Source: the human T2T-CHM13v2.0 reference genome, Homo sapiens. Taken from it: DNA of 64,000 bases. Below, piece after piece: positions 15,204 through 39,309 of the stretch (position 1 is the first letter of the stretch; every line of letters starts with the position of its first letter). Location of the stretch: assembly GCF_009914755.1 (NCBI RefSeq), contig NC_060930.1. One strand, 5' to 3'. Under the pieces are notes generated by a model. It had not been told where the DNA came from. It was given only the letters and a program-made list of their open reading frames with translations, and made no database searches. A program made the translations under genes and the position numbers.

Positions 15204-15551
15204 TGATGCAGAACTTTGCTCCTCAGTTCAGCTAAAACCGGGTTCTTGTCACATGACCAGGAAAAGTTAAGCAGGCAGACACTTTGAAGGGTGAGGGGAA
15301 TGGAATTTTTTGGGTGAAAAAGGAAAAGAAGAAAAGAAAAACCTCTCAGCAAAGAGCAAGGGGGGTTCCTGCCAACAGGTCCCCACTCCACAGATTGATT
15401 CCAGGCCACACACAGTAGCTGAAGAGGCCAGGCTCCTCCCCGACCACTGCACACTCGGCACGAACTTCCCGTGGCTCCACCCCATTTTCCCAGTATGCAG
15501 GCAGGTGATTCTCCAGGGACCCTCCCCTTTATCTGTCTCCTGCATCTATCA
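15204..15551 (-). mobile_element. ERV1 solo LTR (MER83/MER48-like), copy A
   Basis: TGA...TCA termini; inverted homolog of 17951-18293. Confidence 0.8.
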
Positions 15552-15588
15552 TTATCTATTTTATTTTATACATTTAAAACACTATTCT

Positions 15589-15755
15589 GCCGGGTGTGGT
15601 GACCTGCACCTGTAGTCCCAGCTACTCAGGAAGCTGAGGCAGCAGGATCTCTTGAACTCAGGAGGTGGAGGCTGCAGTGAGCTATGATCATGACAATGCA
15701 CTCCATCCTGGGCAACACAGCAAAACCTTGTCTCAAAACAAACAAACAAAAAACA
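15589..15755 (+). mobile_element. FRAM-like Alu monomer
   Basis: Right arm only. Confidence 0.8.
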
Positions 15756-15809
15756 AAACCCCACCATTATTCTCAGAAGTACAGCAGCTTTCACAAATTG
15801 CCAAAGGGG

Positions 15810-16240
15810 TCTGTTTTAGGTTAGTTTCCTTCAGAAGCAGATCTGGAGACAAAGATTTGAAGCAAGGAGGTTATTAGAGAGGAAATCCCTGGCATAATTG
15901 ATAAAGTAGACAGGAAAGGGCAGAAGCCAGCATGGGGTGCATCGATGAGCAATGAACTTAATGAACTCCTTGGCTCAATCCCACTGGGACCTTCAAGAGA
16001 CTACTGTATAGAGCATGCCTCGGAGTCATCCTACCCTTGAGGAAGCTGGGGTATTTCTTCACCAAATCCCATTTCACTTGAGGGCTGCCCCCAGGGCACT
16101 GACATTTCTAGCCTGCCCTACCCATGGGTAGTGCTCCTGTGACTAGGGTAAGTCCTCAACAGTGTCAGAGGCTTAAAGACGGAGCCATCTGAATGGCAAC
16201 CTTAGAGGACAAGTGGGTAGGGCACAAAGTTTGGCTACAA
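15810..16240 (-). mobile_element. LTR16-like (ERVL) fragment
   Basis: TTAGGTTAGTTTCCTTCAGAAGCAGA...GAGACAAAGATTTG resembles the reverse LTR16 3' end. Confidence 0.5.
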
Positions 16241-16586
16241 GGCCTGCAGCACTAAAAGGTTAGGAACGCCTCAGAGCTGCCCCTTTTAGGATGGACCCAC
16301 TCAGCTCCCCGGTTCCCACTCCCTGACATCTGCTTTCTGTCCGCTGCTCAGTGTCTCCAGTGGATTCACAAAACAACTGCCTTTCTCCCTTTCCACCTCA
16401 GTTCATTATCAAGAACAACCCTGGGGTTTCCCACCTTAATCAGGCTGCTCCGGCCTCTGCCCACAGCCCTTCTGACACCTGGTTTATGTGTGACCCTGCC
16501 ACCCTTAACCCCCAGCAGCAGGGGATGTCAGCTTTCTTTCAGGGAAGAACACAGACTCCTTTTGAGAGACTATAGTGAGATAATTT

Positions 16587-18293
<1,707 letters not shown>

Positions 18294-18929
18294 ATAAGAT
18301 TCAAAAGAAATCATTCTATTGAAATATGATTCTAGGCACAGGCTAGTTGGGGGTCTCTGAGCCCCAGATCCCACAGCTGTGCTGAGATGCCTGCCCACAA
18401 GCTCAAGGAGCATGTCTAGGAGTCCACGGAGGCAAGCAGAGGCAGGAAGAGGAGACCAGAATTCAGCTGCCGGTGGTGAGCCTCAGGAAACTCTTTATCA
18501 AAGCCTAGAAAAGCCAAAGGTGGGCCCGAGAGGGAAGAAAGAGACAAAGAGATGGGAAGAAGATGGAAGTAGGACACTTAGAGTGGGAAGGAAAAAGAGC
18601 AAGAGAAAGTGAGAGGGAGCAGCAGAGCCCTGGGAAGGGAGCTTGAAGGGGTGGGGCACGTTTGGAAGCCTCTGTGATTATTTGGGGAAGGCTGATTTTC
18701 TAGTGCCTTGGGCTGGGCCCATGCAGGTTACTTCCTACCCAGCTACCTTCCTGGCTCTTCTGCCCAGGGAGCTCCTTCTGCCAGTCCCCAGCCTACTGCA
18801 CTTCTTCCTTATATGCTTGGAGTGTGTGGAATGCTGCTCACCACTCTGGGGCAGTTGGAGACTGAGATAACTCCCTCCCTGGAATGTAGGGAATTTGGTG
18901 TGCTGGAAAGAGAGAAAGAGAGAGGGAGA

Positions 18930-19550
18930 CAGAATGTACCTTGCAGCAGCACAGCTGGGTTCTGGATGGGCTCCATCTCTGAAAGAGAGGGGCAAAAGGG
19001 TTGGGGAAGGGGTAGCTGCCGGTCTTAGTGAAGGGTCCCCGAGGCACTAGCGTGTCCTCACATTTGTGCTGCCTGCTTCCCAGAAGACTCAGCACATGGG
19101 GAAAGTGGTGCCAAGGGCACACCCACCAGCCACACTGTGGAGCTTGGACACCTGGGGCAGGATATTCAGTAGTCGGCCTGGGGACCTCCAAAGATGCTTT
19201 CCCATTCCTTAGCCTGTCAGCCTTGGTAGGGACATCACTTTCCTCCTTATCCTTCAATGAGGACATTCAAGACAACATCCCTGAGCTGGAGGAAACCCAG
19301 CCTCACCTCCTCCTTCCACCCCTCATCTCCTAAGCTCCCCATCAGTGGTGTCTGGGGTGTGGAACGTGGGGAGGCAAGGAAGACAGCTCACCTGGCCCAG
19401 GCTTCAATGCTCAGCCCCTCTTATTCCTTCTAGCAAGAGCTTCTTGCAAATACCTCAATTTTTTTTTTTATCTTCTGCAGCTGATGCTCAAACTGTCAAC
19501 TTGTTACTTGAGACCATGAATGTTGGTTATAAGAATTTGTTGACTTTTTA
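18930..19550 (-). pseudogene. Weak PNMA-like relic
   Basis: VNKF/LITNIHG, SDVPTKADRL..ASL, FR/MEPIQNPAV in PNMA order, with frameshifts. Confidence 0.3.
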
Positions 19551-19607
19551 AAAAAATAAAAATGATGTTTGCCCACTTAAAGTTTTAAATTCTGTTTTTC
19601 AGAGGAG

Positions 19608-20542
<935 letters not shown>

Positions 20543-20678
20543 TAATGGCTGATTTTACCCACCAACCTGGTGATCATGAACCAGCCATCTATAACCTTGT
20601 TGATCTAGCTCAACCCATTATATAAAACTGTGCTTGGATTGTATGGAATGCTACACACTTACAATTAAAGATATTTAG

Positions 20679-22255
<1,577 letters not shown>

Positions 22256-22399
22256 CAAAAGGCCTAGGAATTTGTTCTCCAGGTAAATCTGCCCTCCCTC
22301 ATCTCTAACCTTTATGAAATCACCCAAATGGAGACATCACAGCAAGGCCCCGACAAGGAAATGACAGGAATGTAGGTGGATAAGGGACTGGAATAGTGC

Positions 22400-23070
22400 A
22401 GCACAACACTAACTACAGGTTTCAGCCCCAATGAGATTGCCCTCACTTCCGCCGCCAGCCACAAGTGTGGAGGTCCCCAGGCTACTCGCTCCTCTGACCA
22501 ACTGGCTACTAATCTGGGGGGTACCCACAACCCCCTCGGGTTTGATAATTTGCTAGAACAACTCACCAAACTCAGGAGAATGTTATACTTACGATTACAG
22601 GCTTGTTACAAAGGATACAAATCAGGAGGACCAGACTAATGAAGACACACGTAGGGCGGGGTCCGGGCGGGTCTTCCATGCAGAGCTTCTGTGTCTTCTC
22701 TCTGTGAATCAGGTTGTGTCACCCTCCTGGCACATGGATGTGTTCACCAACCAGGAAGCTCCACCAAATTTTGGCGTCCAGAGTTTTCATTACATAGGCA
22801 CAATTGGTTGACTCATTTGCCACCGAATTGAACGCAATCTCTAGTCCTCCCACCCTCCGTCGAGGTTGGGCTGGCTCTAAGGCCCAATCCTTTTATTATG
22901 TGATCTTTCTGATGACCAACCTCCCATCGTGAGTTCTCTCTTAGCATAAGCCCAGGTGTGATCCAAGGGGCTCATGAATAACAAAGATACTCATATTACT
23001 CAGGAGATTCCAAGGATTTAGTTTCCCTCCTAGGAACCAGGGACAAAGGGCAGTCAAATTCTTTATTGTT
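22400..23070 (-). mobile_element. MER39-like ERV1 LTR
   Basis: GGGTTTGATAATTTGCTAGAA...GGCACATGGATGTGTTCACCAACC. Confidence 0.7.
22593..22815 (-). ncRNA. LINC02570: Possible LTR-derived first exon of lncRNA LINC02570
   Basis: Minus-strand donor ATC|GTAAGT at 22592-22591 inside a sense-oriented MER39-like LTR; identity inferred only from recalled position. Confidence 0.35.
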
Positions 23071-24844
23071 ATCACAGAGACACAGTAATATAATATGATA
23101 CAGCAGAAGAGAGGTGAGGAATGTTGCCATGCCTTGAGAAGCCTATCACAAGAGCTTTAAGGAATTCACACTTAAATATTAATAGGTACATTATGAAAGA
23201 AATCAGCCAAGTACAGTCTTTTCTTATTATGGAATCTAGTTATTGCAGGAATTGAAAAATTGATGTAATAAAGCCTAGAATGCAATAAAGGAATCGGCAT
23301 TCAAGTAGATGAGAGAGGTTGGGGAATATGTCAAGATGCAAAAGTGAGAGAGCTGTCACAGTTTACTTACTCTGCAATCTCTGAGGATGGAACAGGATCA
23401 AAGATGAAGCCAGGAAGCACAGAGTAGTTTTCTTCCTCCCTAATCTCATCCCTTGTTTTCATTTGGCACTTTAAAAAATTTCCACATTTATATTCATATG
23501 GAATTGATTTTGAGTATAGAGAGATAATTCTAATTATTATTGTTTTTCAAATGTTAGCCAGTTGAACCATTTATCATAATCAAGGTGATAATATGGCTTA
23601 TTTTCTTTGGCCTACAGAGATGATAAATTTGAATATATTTTAAAATATAAAACTATCTTTAAAATTTGAATATATTTGAATATGATACATTTGAATATAT
23701 TTTAAAACATAGAGCTATCTTTGTACTCCTGGTTAGTCATGGTGCATTTTTTTTTAATACTTCATATTAAATTTTTACCTTCTGGATTGAGACACTAGAG
23801 TTCTTAAAGGTTCTTTCAGAAATTCTTCCTATATTCAGTATGCTACCAGAAAACCTCTTACAACTAACCTTACAGAAGATACTGTTTTCTTTGTACTTTG
23901 TCCAATATCAAAGGAAACCTCCAAGTTCCAAGGAGGTCAGGCTACTAATACCCACAAATGAATTCTGATGAGATCATTACACAATAAACAATAACTGTTG
24001 CTTATTACATGCTTACTTTGTACTAGGCAGGACTAAGATAAGTATTATTTAAGTTTTAAGATCATTCTTAATTTCTTGTCAAAAGTATACTGGTTTGCAA
24101 AGTAATGAATAAAATAAATCTTTAACAATATCCCTATAGTAAAGACAATGGTGAACTTCTTATGCCTCTTTTAAAAAACTCTGCTTATGATGACAATTTC
24201 AAACATACACAGAAGCCGTGAGTATATAATGAGTCTTGCTGTATCCATCACAAAGTTTTAAAAACTGTCAAAAGTTGACCATACTCACTTAATCTACTCC
24301 TACCACTTTTTCAGCTGGAGATCTTTTAAAGCAAATTCTACACATTGTGCCATATCATCCATAAATTATTTTGCATTACATCCCATTCTTATTGAGTCCC
24401 TGCAAGCTGAGAGCCGACTGCCAAAGCACAATTCACTGTAAGAGATTCTGTGAAGGGTTAAAACAAACAGTCCAAATTCACAGTGCTGCAAATGTCTGTA
24501 ATTGCATAATCTGCAAAATATATTCTTCAAGAAATCCTCTGTGCACTTGGTTTCCCTTAACTGAGTTTTTTTTTCTTCTTCAGACCAGATTAATTGATGA
24601 GAACTGACAAGCAGGGGAGAGAGGTGATGTTTAAGGTTATATATTTTGGCAAAAAATTATGAGTGTAAATTGTGCTTGTTTCTGATTAAGAGAGGTCCAT
24701 TAATCAGAAAGTAAACTTGGCATCCTCGTAGAAAAATCACATAGCTTAACAAGAATTCATGACTCTGAATTGCTGCACAGACAGGTAGCATGAGTTCTTG
24801 GCAGGATTCTTTCAGCTGAGCTGTTTTCCATTAGAATGGTGTCT

Positions 24845-27830
<2,986 letters not shown>

Positions 27831-27834
27831 TTAT

Positions 27835-28140
27835 CTCTTGGAAGTGAATGGCCAGAGTGAAAGAAACCAGAAAAAAAAAAAAAAAAGAAGAATACATACT
27901 ATATGATTTCATTTATATAAAACTCTAGGAGAAGCAAATAATCTACAGTGACAGAAAGCAGATCAGTGAGTGTTTGAGAATGGGCATGGCAGGAGGGAAG
28001 GAAGTATAACGGGCATGAGAAAACTTTTGAGAGGTATGGATGTGTTCACTATCTTGATTGTGGTGACAGTTTCATAGTATACAAATACGACAAAACTGAT
28101 CAAAGTGCACACTTTAAATCTGTGCAATTATGTCTCAATA
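27835..28140 (+). mobile_element. L1M 3' end fragment
   Basis: ATGATTTCATTTATATAAAACTCTAG...TATCTTGATTGTGGTGA. Confidence 0.65.
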
Positions 28141-28165
28141 ATTTTTTTTTTTAAAGAATAGCCAA

Positions 28166-28475
28166 GGCCGGGTGCGGTGGCTCATGCCTGTAATCCCAGC
28201 ACTTTGGGAGGCCGAGGTGGGCGGATCACGAGGTCAGGAGATCGAGACCATCCTGGCTAACATGGTGAAACCCCGTCTCTACTAAAAATACAAAAAATTA
28301 GCCGGGCAAGGTGGCAGGCGCCTGTAGTCCCAGCTACTCGGGAGGCTGAGGCAGGAGAATGGCGTGAACCCCAGGGGGCGGAGCCTGCAGTGAGCTGAGA
28401 TTGCGCCACTGCACTCCAGCCTGAGTGACAGAGCAAGACTCCCTCTCAAAAAAAATAAAAATAAAAAAATAAAGA
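28166..28475 (+). mobile_element. AluY
   Basis: Diagnostic GAGATCGAGACCATCCTGGCTAAC and GGCGTGAACCC; TSD AAAGAATAGCCAA. Confidence 0.95.
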
Positions 28476-28636
28476 ATAGCCAAGTGGTAGAAAGCCTGCA
28501 GATGCTGTTCCAGAGCTGTGCCCACAGCTCTGGGCCCAGGTCACAGGTATAACCTGCAATAAGAAGAGACAAGAGTCTGAGGGCTGACCATCTGTGGGCC
28601 CACAAGTTAAGGAAACCAAAGTTTGGGTGCACAAAT

Positions 28637-29566
<930 letters not shown>

Positions 29567-29984
29567 AAACCACTGATTGGGTATAGAGTCCCAACCAGCC
29601 AGTTATTGAAATTTTGTTTTTTTGTTATCACAGCCTAGCCTAATCTAACTAAAGAAAGGGGGATCAGGAAGCAACTTTATTTTCACTTCACCGTGTCCCT
29701 TTACATCCATTTTGTGGGATTTCTTCTCCTTTTGCCCCAAGATGAAATTTGGAGCAAGCCCCATGAACTTTCTAGTCATTTGTAGGTAATCTAAGGTCAT
29801 TGGGTTACTCCAATTCCCCAAGGAGTTTAATAAGTAATTAAATGGTCCAATCTCATGTAATAGTAGAAACTTTAAACTTTATTTAAATTTGAGATTTCTT
29901 CCCGTACTTTATGCTATTTACAGACCAGCCACCCTCAATGGGAATTGAGGTGTGTGGTGACCTCTGATTTCCCACTTTGCGCTT

Positions 29985-30460
29985 TGTGGCAGAAATTGCA
30001 GTTATCACCAAATATTCATTCTCCTCTTCTTCCTGATTAGTAAGACTCCCAAATTTTTGCTGGACTTATGGCCAGCCTGAAACAAGACTACATTTTCCAG
30101 TATCCCTTGCAGCCAGGTGTGGCTGTGAGACTAACTTTTGGCCAACGGATCTGAATCAGAACAACATAAGCAACCTTTTGTTCTGCCCTCAAACAGCATG
30201 GGTGGCATTAGTTTCCCCTTTCCATCTTTCCCTGGCTGGAATGCTGACCCAGCAGATGTGGGGAGCCATTTCAACCTTTCAAGAGAGAGCAGCCCTCGAT
30301 GCAATGGCAGAGCAGCAAGACAGAAGGAGCTGGGGTCTCCAACACCGCGGAGTCACTCTATCCAGCCTAAGACTCCTGATGTTGGAACTGTTAATGAGAA
30401 ACACACTTTGTCTTTTGACATACAGTTTTTCTCTCAGCTGCTGAACCTGGATTCTACCTA
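29985..30460 (+). mobile_element. Old MLT1 (I/J-like) LTR; partial duplicate at ~33000-33200
   Basis: TGTGGCAGA...AAGACTACATTTTCCAGTATCCCTTGCAGCCAGGTGTGG. Confidence 0.65.
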
Positions 30461-30649
30461 CACAGGTTCATTGTGTATGCATGCTTCCATCCCTCCTCCC
30501 TCATCTTGCTAACTTGGACCCTGGACCTCTCCAGGGTTCCAGTGGTGAGAGGGAGGGGCCAGGAGGTTTCATTGCACTAGAATTACTGTGAGATGGCAGA
30601 AGCACTGCCTGGGTCATTAGGCATAGCTGATTCTTCCTTTCATCAGGCA

Positions 30650-31669
30650 CTTCCGTTGATTTTTCTGAGCTAACACCTTCCCTTTGCTACGATTTCTCAT
30701 CACCTAATTCCCTGAGGTGGACAAATGCCCTTCCTTAGGCTGGTCAACTATATTTCTTTCTGCAGCTTCTAAGAGTCTGACGATTCATCCCTCTATTAGG
30801 ATCACCAAACCCCTTCAGATGACCCTTTTAGACAGAGTCTAATGCCATCCCCTGCCATCTCTCTCTTATGGTGGCCCCACCTGTGGTCCACAGGAAACAT
30901 GAATCCAGTGCCCCCGGCAATTGCGGAAGGCTGGCAGCCCTGAAACCCAGCTACCTCCCTTGTTCCACCATCAGGGCAGGTAGCCAGACTCCTGGTGTTC
31001 TTTTTTGTTGTGTGTGTGTCTTTGTGTGTATATGTGTTTTTCCATTTCCAGAAATGAACCAGCTAGCTGCTCACCCTGTCCTCCAAATTGCAGGAACATA
31101 TATTCAGCTCCCTGACGGGTACCACCAAAGGCCCTTTCCTGGGGCTCGAAGAAATACCCTCACTGAATTCAATTTCCTCAAGTAATTGAAGATCTTCCCC
31201 TTTCCCCTTTCCTGTTCCACTCGATGGCCCCCACTTTATGGGGACACTCCCAGGCCGGGGACTGCAGAGTTGCTCTGCTACTTTTGGACTCTGGTCCATC
31301 TCATTTTTTCCCCCCTCTCTTCCATTTAAGAGGAGATTCAACCTTTTTAGAAGCTCACTGTTTTGAGTAAGAGCCACTGTTTGCCAGATCCCAGCCCCCT
31401 CTGCCTCTACCATCTGCCTCATCTCTTCTATAGCTGCAGAGGAATTAACATCCTCGGAAGATCTAGTGAAGCTGCCTTCACTTTCTCTTTCTGCCTTCAC
31501 ATTTCTCTTTCAGCCCACCTCAACCTGAGGCCACAGGCAGCTGGGCTCCACCAGTGCCACTGCCACCATCCCAAAAGGCCAGGGGCTCTCATCCCAGTAG
31601 TAGTAATTAATCTGTCATGCACAATTCATAGTATTTCAACATTAGGTTCCAAATAAGTAACCTGAGCAT
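30650..31669 (-). pseudogene. PNMA/MOAP1-like (Gypsy gag-derived) pseudogene A
   Basis: Acceptor at 31688-31687, then ATG 31669 MLRLLIW...; KAASLDL; SEDVNSS...GAGIWQTV...NSELLKRLNLLLNGREG; stops and frameshifts present. Confidence 0.7.
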
Positions 31670-32590
31670 CCCTGGGTCTTGCTAACCTATGGGAATGTGC
31701 AAATGGGGCCACCTTAAGATAGTAACAACATTTCAGTGTCTCCTTCTCTGCCCAAGTATTTCTGGGGGTCTGAGGGAAATCTCACTCGTGCTCCTAAATC
31801 CAGGCACCCAGGCCAACAGCAACTCTCCATCGCCTGCTGAGCATTCCCCCAGGGAACCGGAGCCCTTCAGGCATCAATTCTGCATTGGGCAGAGCAGTGT
31901 CTATGTCCAGTGGGGAAATGCCTTTCCCCTCTTTTGTGTTCCTGTTCACGAAGGGGCCACCCAAGCAATGCTGGTGGGCTCCAGCATTGTGCAGAGCTTG
32001 TAGAACCACAGCTTCTATGTTGACCTTCAGCTTTCTTTTTGCTTCGGATGGAGGCAGGACTGGACTAAATGTGGTGACAAACAACATTCATTTACTCTTT
32101 TATTCAACACATATTTCCTAAATTCCTTATCCATGCTAGCCACATGATGAACATGATAAACAAGATAAACGTGGTCTCTGTGCCCATGGAGTTTATGGTT
32201 TGGTACAAGATCAAAAAGCGGTATACACATACACAAACACGAACAAAAAAGCAGTTATGATTTAATGTCCAAGACTTTGTTATTGGTTCAAGTTTATCAT
32301 GCATGGATGCTTCTTCTGCTTGGATGAGTTTTGTGCGTGCAGCTTGTCAACTCTCAGGCAAACAAACAGACCCTGTCAACCCACTGCGACCTCACTGCTC
32401 CCGGGCTGCCTGCTGGGGCCCAGTGAGGGAGGTTAACTCTTACTGTGCTAAAGTGTCTGATTTGTTTCAACACTCTAACAACCAAAGAAAACACTGATTG
32501 TATCTCTTAAAGAGCTTTTCTTCCTTCCCCATTCCACACTATGAATTTATGAATTCCAAACTTCACACTTTATGTAAATTTGAAGCTTCT

Positions 32591-32900
32591 GGCCAAGCAT
32601 GGTGGCTCATACCTGTAATCCTAGCACTGTGGGAAGCCAAAGCGGATGATTGCTTGAGCTCAGGAGTTCGAGACCAGCTTGGACAATGTGGTAAAACCCC
32701 GTCTCTACCAAAAATACAAAAATTAGCCAGGCATAGTGGCACACGCCTGTAATCGTAGCTACTGGGAGGCTGAGGAAGGAGGATCACTGGAGCCCAAGAA
32801 GTCAAGGCTGCAGTGAGCCATGATCATACCACTGCACTCCAGCCTTGGAGACGCAGCAAGACCCTGTCTCAAAAAAATAAAATAAAAATAAAATAAATAA
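32591..32900 (+). mobile_element. AluJ
   Basis: TSD ATTTGA(A/G)GCTTCT. Confidence 0.9.
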
Positions 32901-33135
32901 CATTTGAGGCTTCTTCACTTACTTTGTGCCATTTACAGGCCAGCTGCTCCTGGTGAGAATGGAGGTGTGTAGTGATCTCTCACTTCCCACTGTGTGCTTT
33001 GTGGCAGAAACTGCTGTTGTCCCCAAGTATCCATTCTCCTCTTCTTCCTTACTAATGAGACTCCCAAATTTTTGCTGGACTTGTGGCCATCCTGAATCAA
33101 GACTACATTTCCCAGTATCACATGCTGTGGGACTA

Positions 33136-33541
<406 letters not shown>

Positions 33542-33557
33542 CGATGGTGAAGGCCTA

Positions 33558-36267
<2,710 letters not shown>

Positions 36268-36269
36268 GT

Positions 36270-36530
36270 TTATAATCCCAGCACTTTGGGAGGCCAAGAC
36301 AGGATTATCACTTGAGGCCAGAAGTTGGAGACTTACTTGGGCAACATAGGGAGACTTCCTCTCTAAAAGCAAACAAAAAACCAAGTTATCCAGGCATGGT
36401 GGCATGTTCCTGTAGTCCTAGCTGTTCCAGAGGCTGAGTTGGAAAGATCACTTGAGCCCAGGAGTTCAAGGCTGCAGTGAACCGTGATTGTGCCACTGTA
36501 CTCCAGCCTAGGCAACAGAGCGAGGCCCTC
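36270..36530 (+). mobile_element. AluJ (5' end abuts the THE1 LTR)
   Basis: Alu consensus match. Confidence 0.85.
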
Positions 36531-37299
36531 TTTCTCTCTCTCTCTTTTTTTAAACAAGGAAGAAAAAAGAAAAGAAAATAGGGTGGTGAGGAGGCTGGCC
36601 AAAGTGGTGATAACCTCGTGCACTAGGTCCTAGCAGCTGGTAGCAGGGGAGCCAGGAGGTGTAGCACTCTGCCTGGTAAAGCAGTCTGTCAGGGTCTGTT
36701 TGCCTGAGAGTTGACAGGCTGCAAGCACAAAAATATAAAAGGGGGCCAGGGACTTGCTAATCTTGCCGGAGAGTCGGCGCAGCTCAGTGCAAGGACTTGG
36801 GAAGGCAGGGAACTTTGAGAGAAGGTAAAAAGGAGGTGGATTCATGGAGAGGGAAGGGGAAAGTTGAGGGTTGGGGAGGTGTGGTGAGGAGCTGAGATCT
36901 TGGAGAGACATTCTTCGTTGGCCTAGGGACACCACATAAACACCTCTGTGCATGGTGGGAGGGACCAGCTCCTCCCCAAACACTGTTTAGATTTTGGCCT
37001 TGAAAACCATGACTACTAACGTTCCTTGGGTTTTCTGTGAGTGTGACCAGTCTCCTCAGCTCCCAGCTGGCACATAAAGGAGATGTGTTCTTTTCTTGCC
37101 GATGTGAGGCTACAGGATCTCATGAGGAACATCCCATGAACAAACAGTACGGCTGAGCCCTCACCTGCGTCTCATCCTAATCTTGGTCCTCCCCCAGCAC
37201 ACTCCCAGCTCTATCGCCTGGAGTTACAGACAAACCCGCAGACCAATGTGAAAAGCCAATTGCCCAGAGAAACCCAGCAGAGTCTTCAGCTACGCCTGA

Positions 37300-37672
<373 letters not shown>

Positions 37673-37769
37673 TAATAATTCATCTTACTACTAGAATTTC
37701 AGGCTTCCTTTTTAATTTGCTTGCTTTCTTGTTGGTCTGTGTCTTGGAACATAGGAACTTTCAATCCCT

Positions 37770-38475
<706 letters not shown>

Positions 38476-38557
38476 CTGTTACAGGACTAATACACCTTCC
38501 CTCTGCTAAGTGTCTATTGATCTGAAAACACATGCTATGAAACATTAAAACGCTACC

Positions 38558-39309
38558 TGAGACCATGTGTTTCTTTTATCAAGTGAGAGATTCCTTTATA
38601 ATTTGGATAATTTCACTCCGTTTGCAAGTAGGATGCTCTAGAACTGATGTTATAAAGTCAGTTTAATGATTTAAATCCCATTGTGGAGAAAATAGATCTC
38701 TGCAGAAAAGTACATCCCTGCCCTTTCCCAGCTCCCCAGTCAAGGGGGGGCTTCCTGCTGAGCCTGGAGAATGCCTCTAAGAAGGTGACTAATGTACCAT
38801 ATCTGGCCCCTAGTGTGGGCAGCAGGCAAGTAGTCAGGTGCCTTCTCAAGTGGAGAAAGTTGAACGCTATTTTCCAGAGACATTGGATGTGAGGGTGATC
38901 TGGCTATGACATCTGTCACCCCAGTGATTGCCACTGTTGATTCTGCTGATCTAGCTGGCTAGGTGGTGTCCCCTTCTTCCCTCACCACTCCATGTGCATC
39001 CCTCCTGAAGCTGTGTGCTCAGTTGAAGAGGAGGACCATCCCCAATAGAGGAGGACCAGTCTTCGGCTAAGGGTATACGAGTAGCTGCGCTCCCCTGCTA
39101 GAATCTCCAAACAAGCTCTCAAGGTCCAGAGACAAGATGTGAACTTCATGTCTCAATTGATGATCACGTGGTTGTGTGGTGGTGCAGATTGTGTTTTTGA
39201 TGTGCAGCAGGATTTGGGCAGTACAGAGGATGATGTCAGCATATCACCATCATCCTCAGGTGGGGCAGATCATTATGAAGTCCTTGCCTCTGGTTTCCCT
39301 GGAGTCTAG
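38558..39309 (+). pseudogene. PNMA-like pseudogene B, interrupted by the 7SK copy
   Basis: *DHVFLLSSERFLYNLDNF; LNPIVEKIDLCRKV..PAPQSRGGFLLSLENASKKV; DCVFDVQQDLGSTED; frame continuous when the 7SK insertion is excised. Confidence 0.65.
38885..39128 (+). pseudogene. RN7SKP186: 7SK snRNA pseudogene, 3'-truncated, no poly(A) tail
   Basis: GGATGTGAGGG...AAGGGTATACGAGTAGCTGCGCTCCCCTGCTAGAA...AAGGTCCA matches the 5' ~245 nt of 7SK; 10-bp direct repeat TCCAGAGACA at 38873-38882 and 39125-39134. The symbol is from recalled locus position. Confidence 0.93.
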
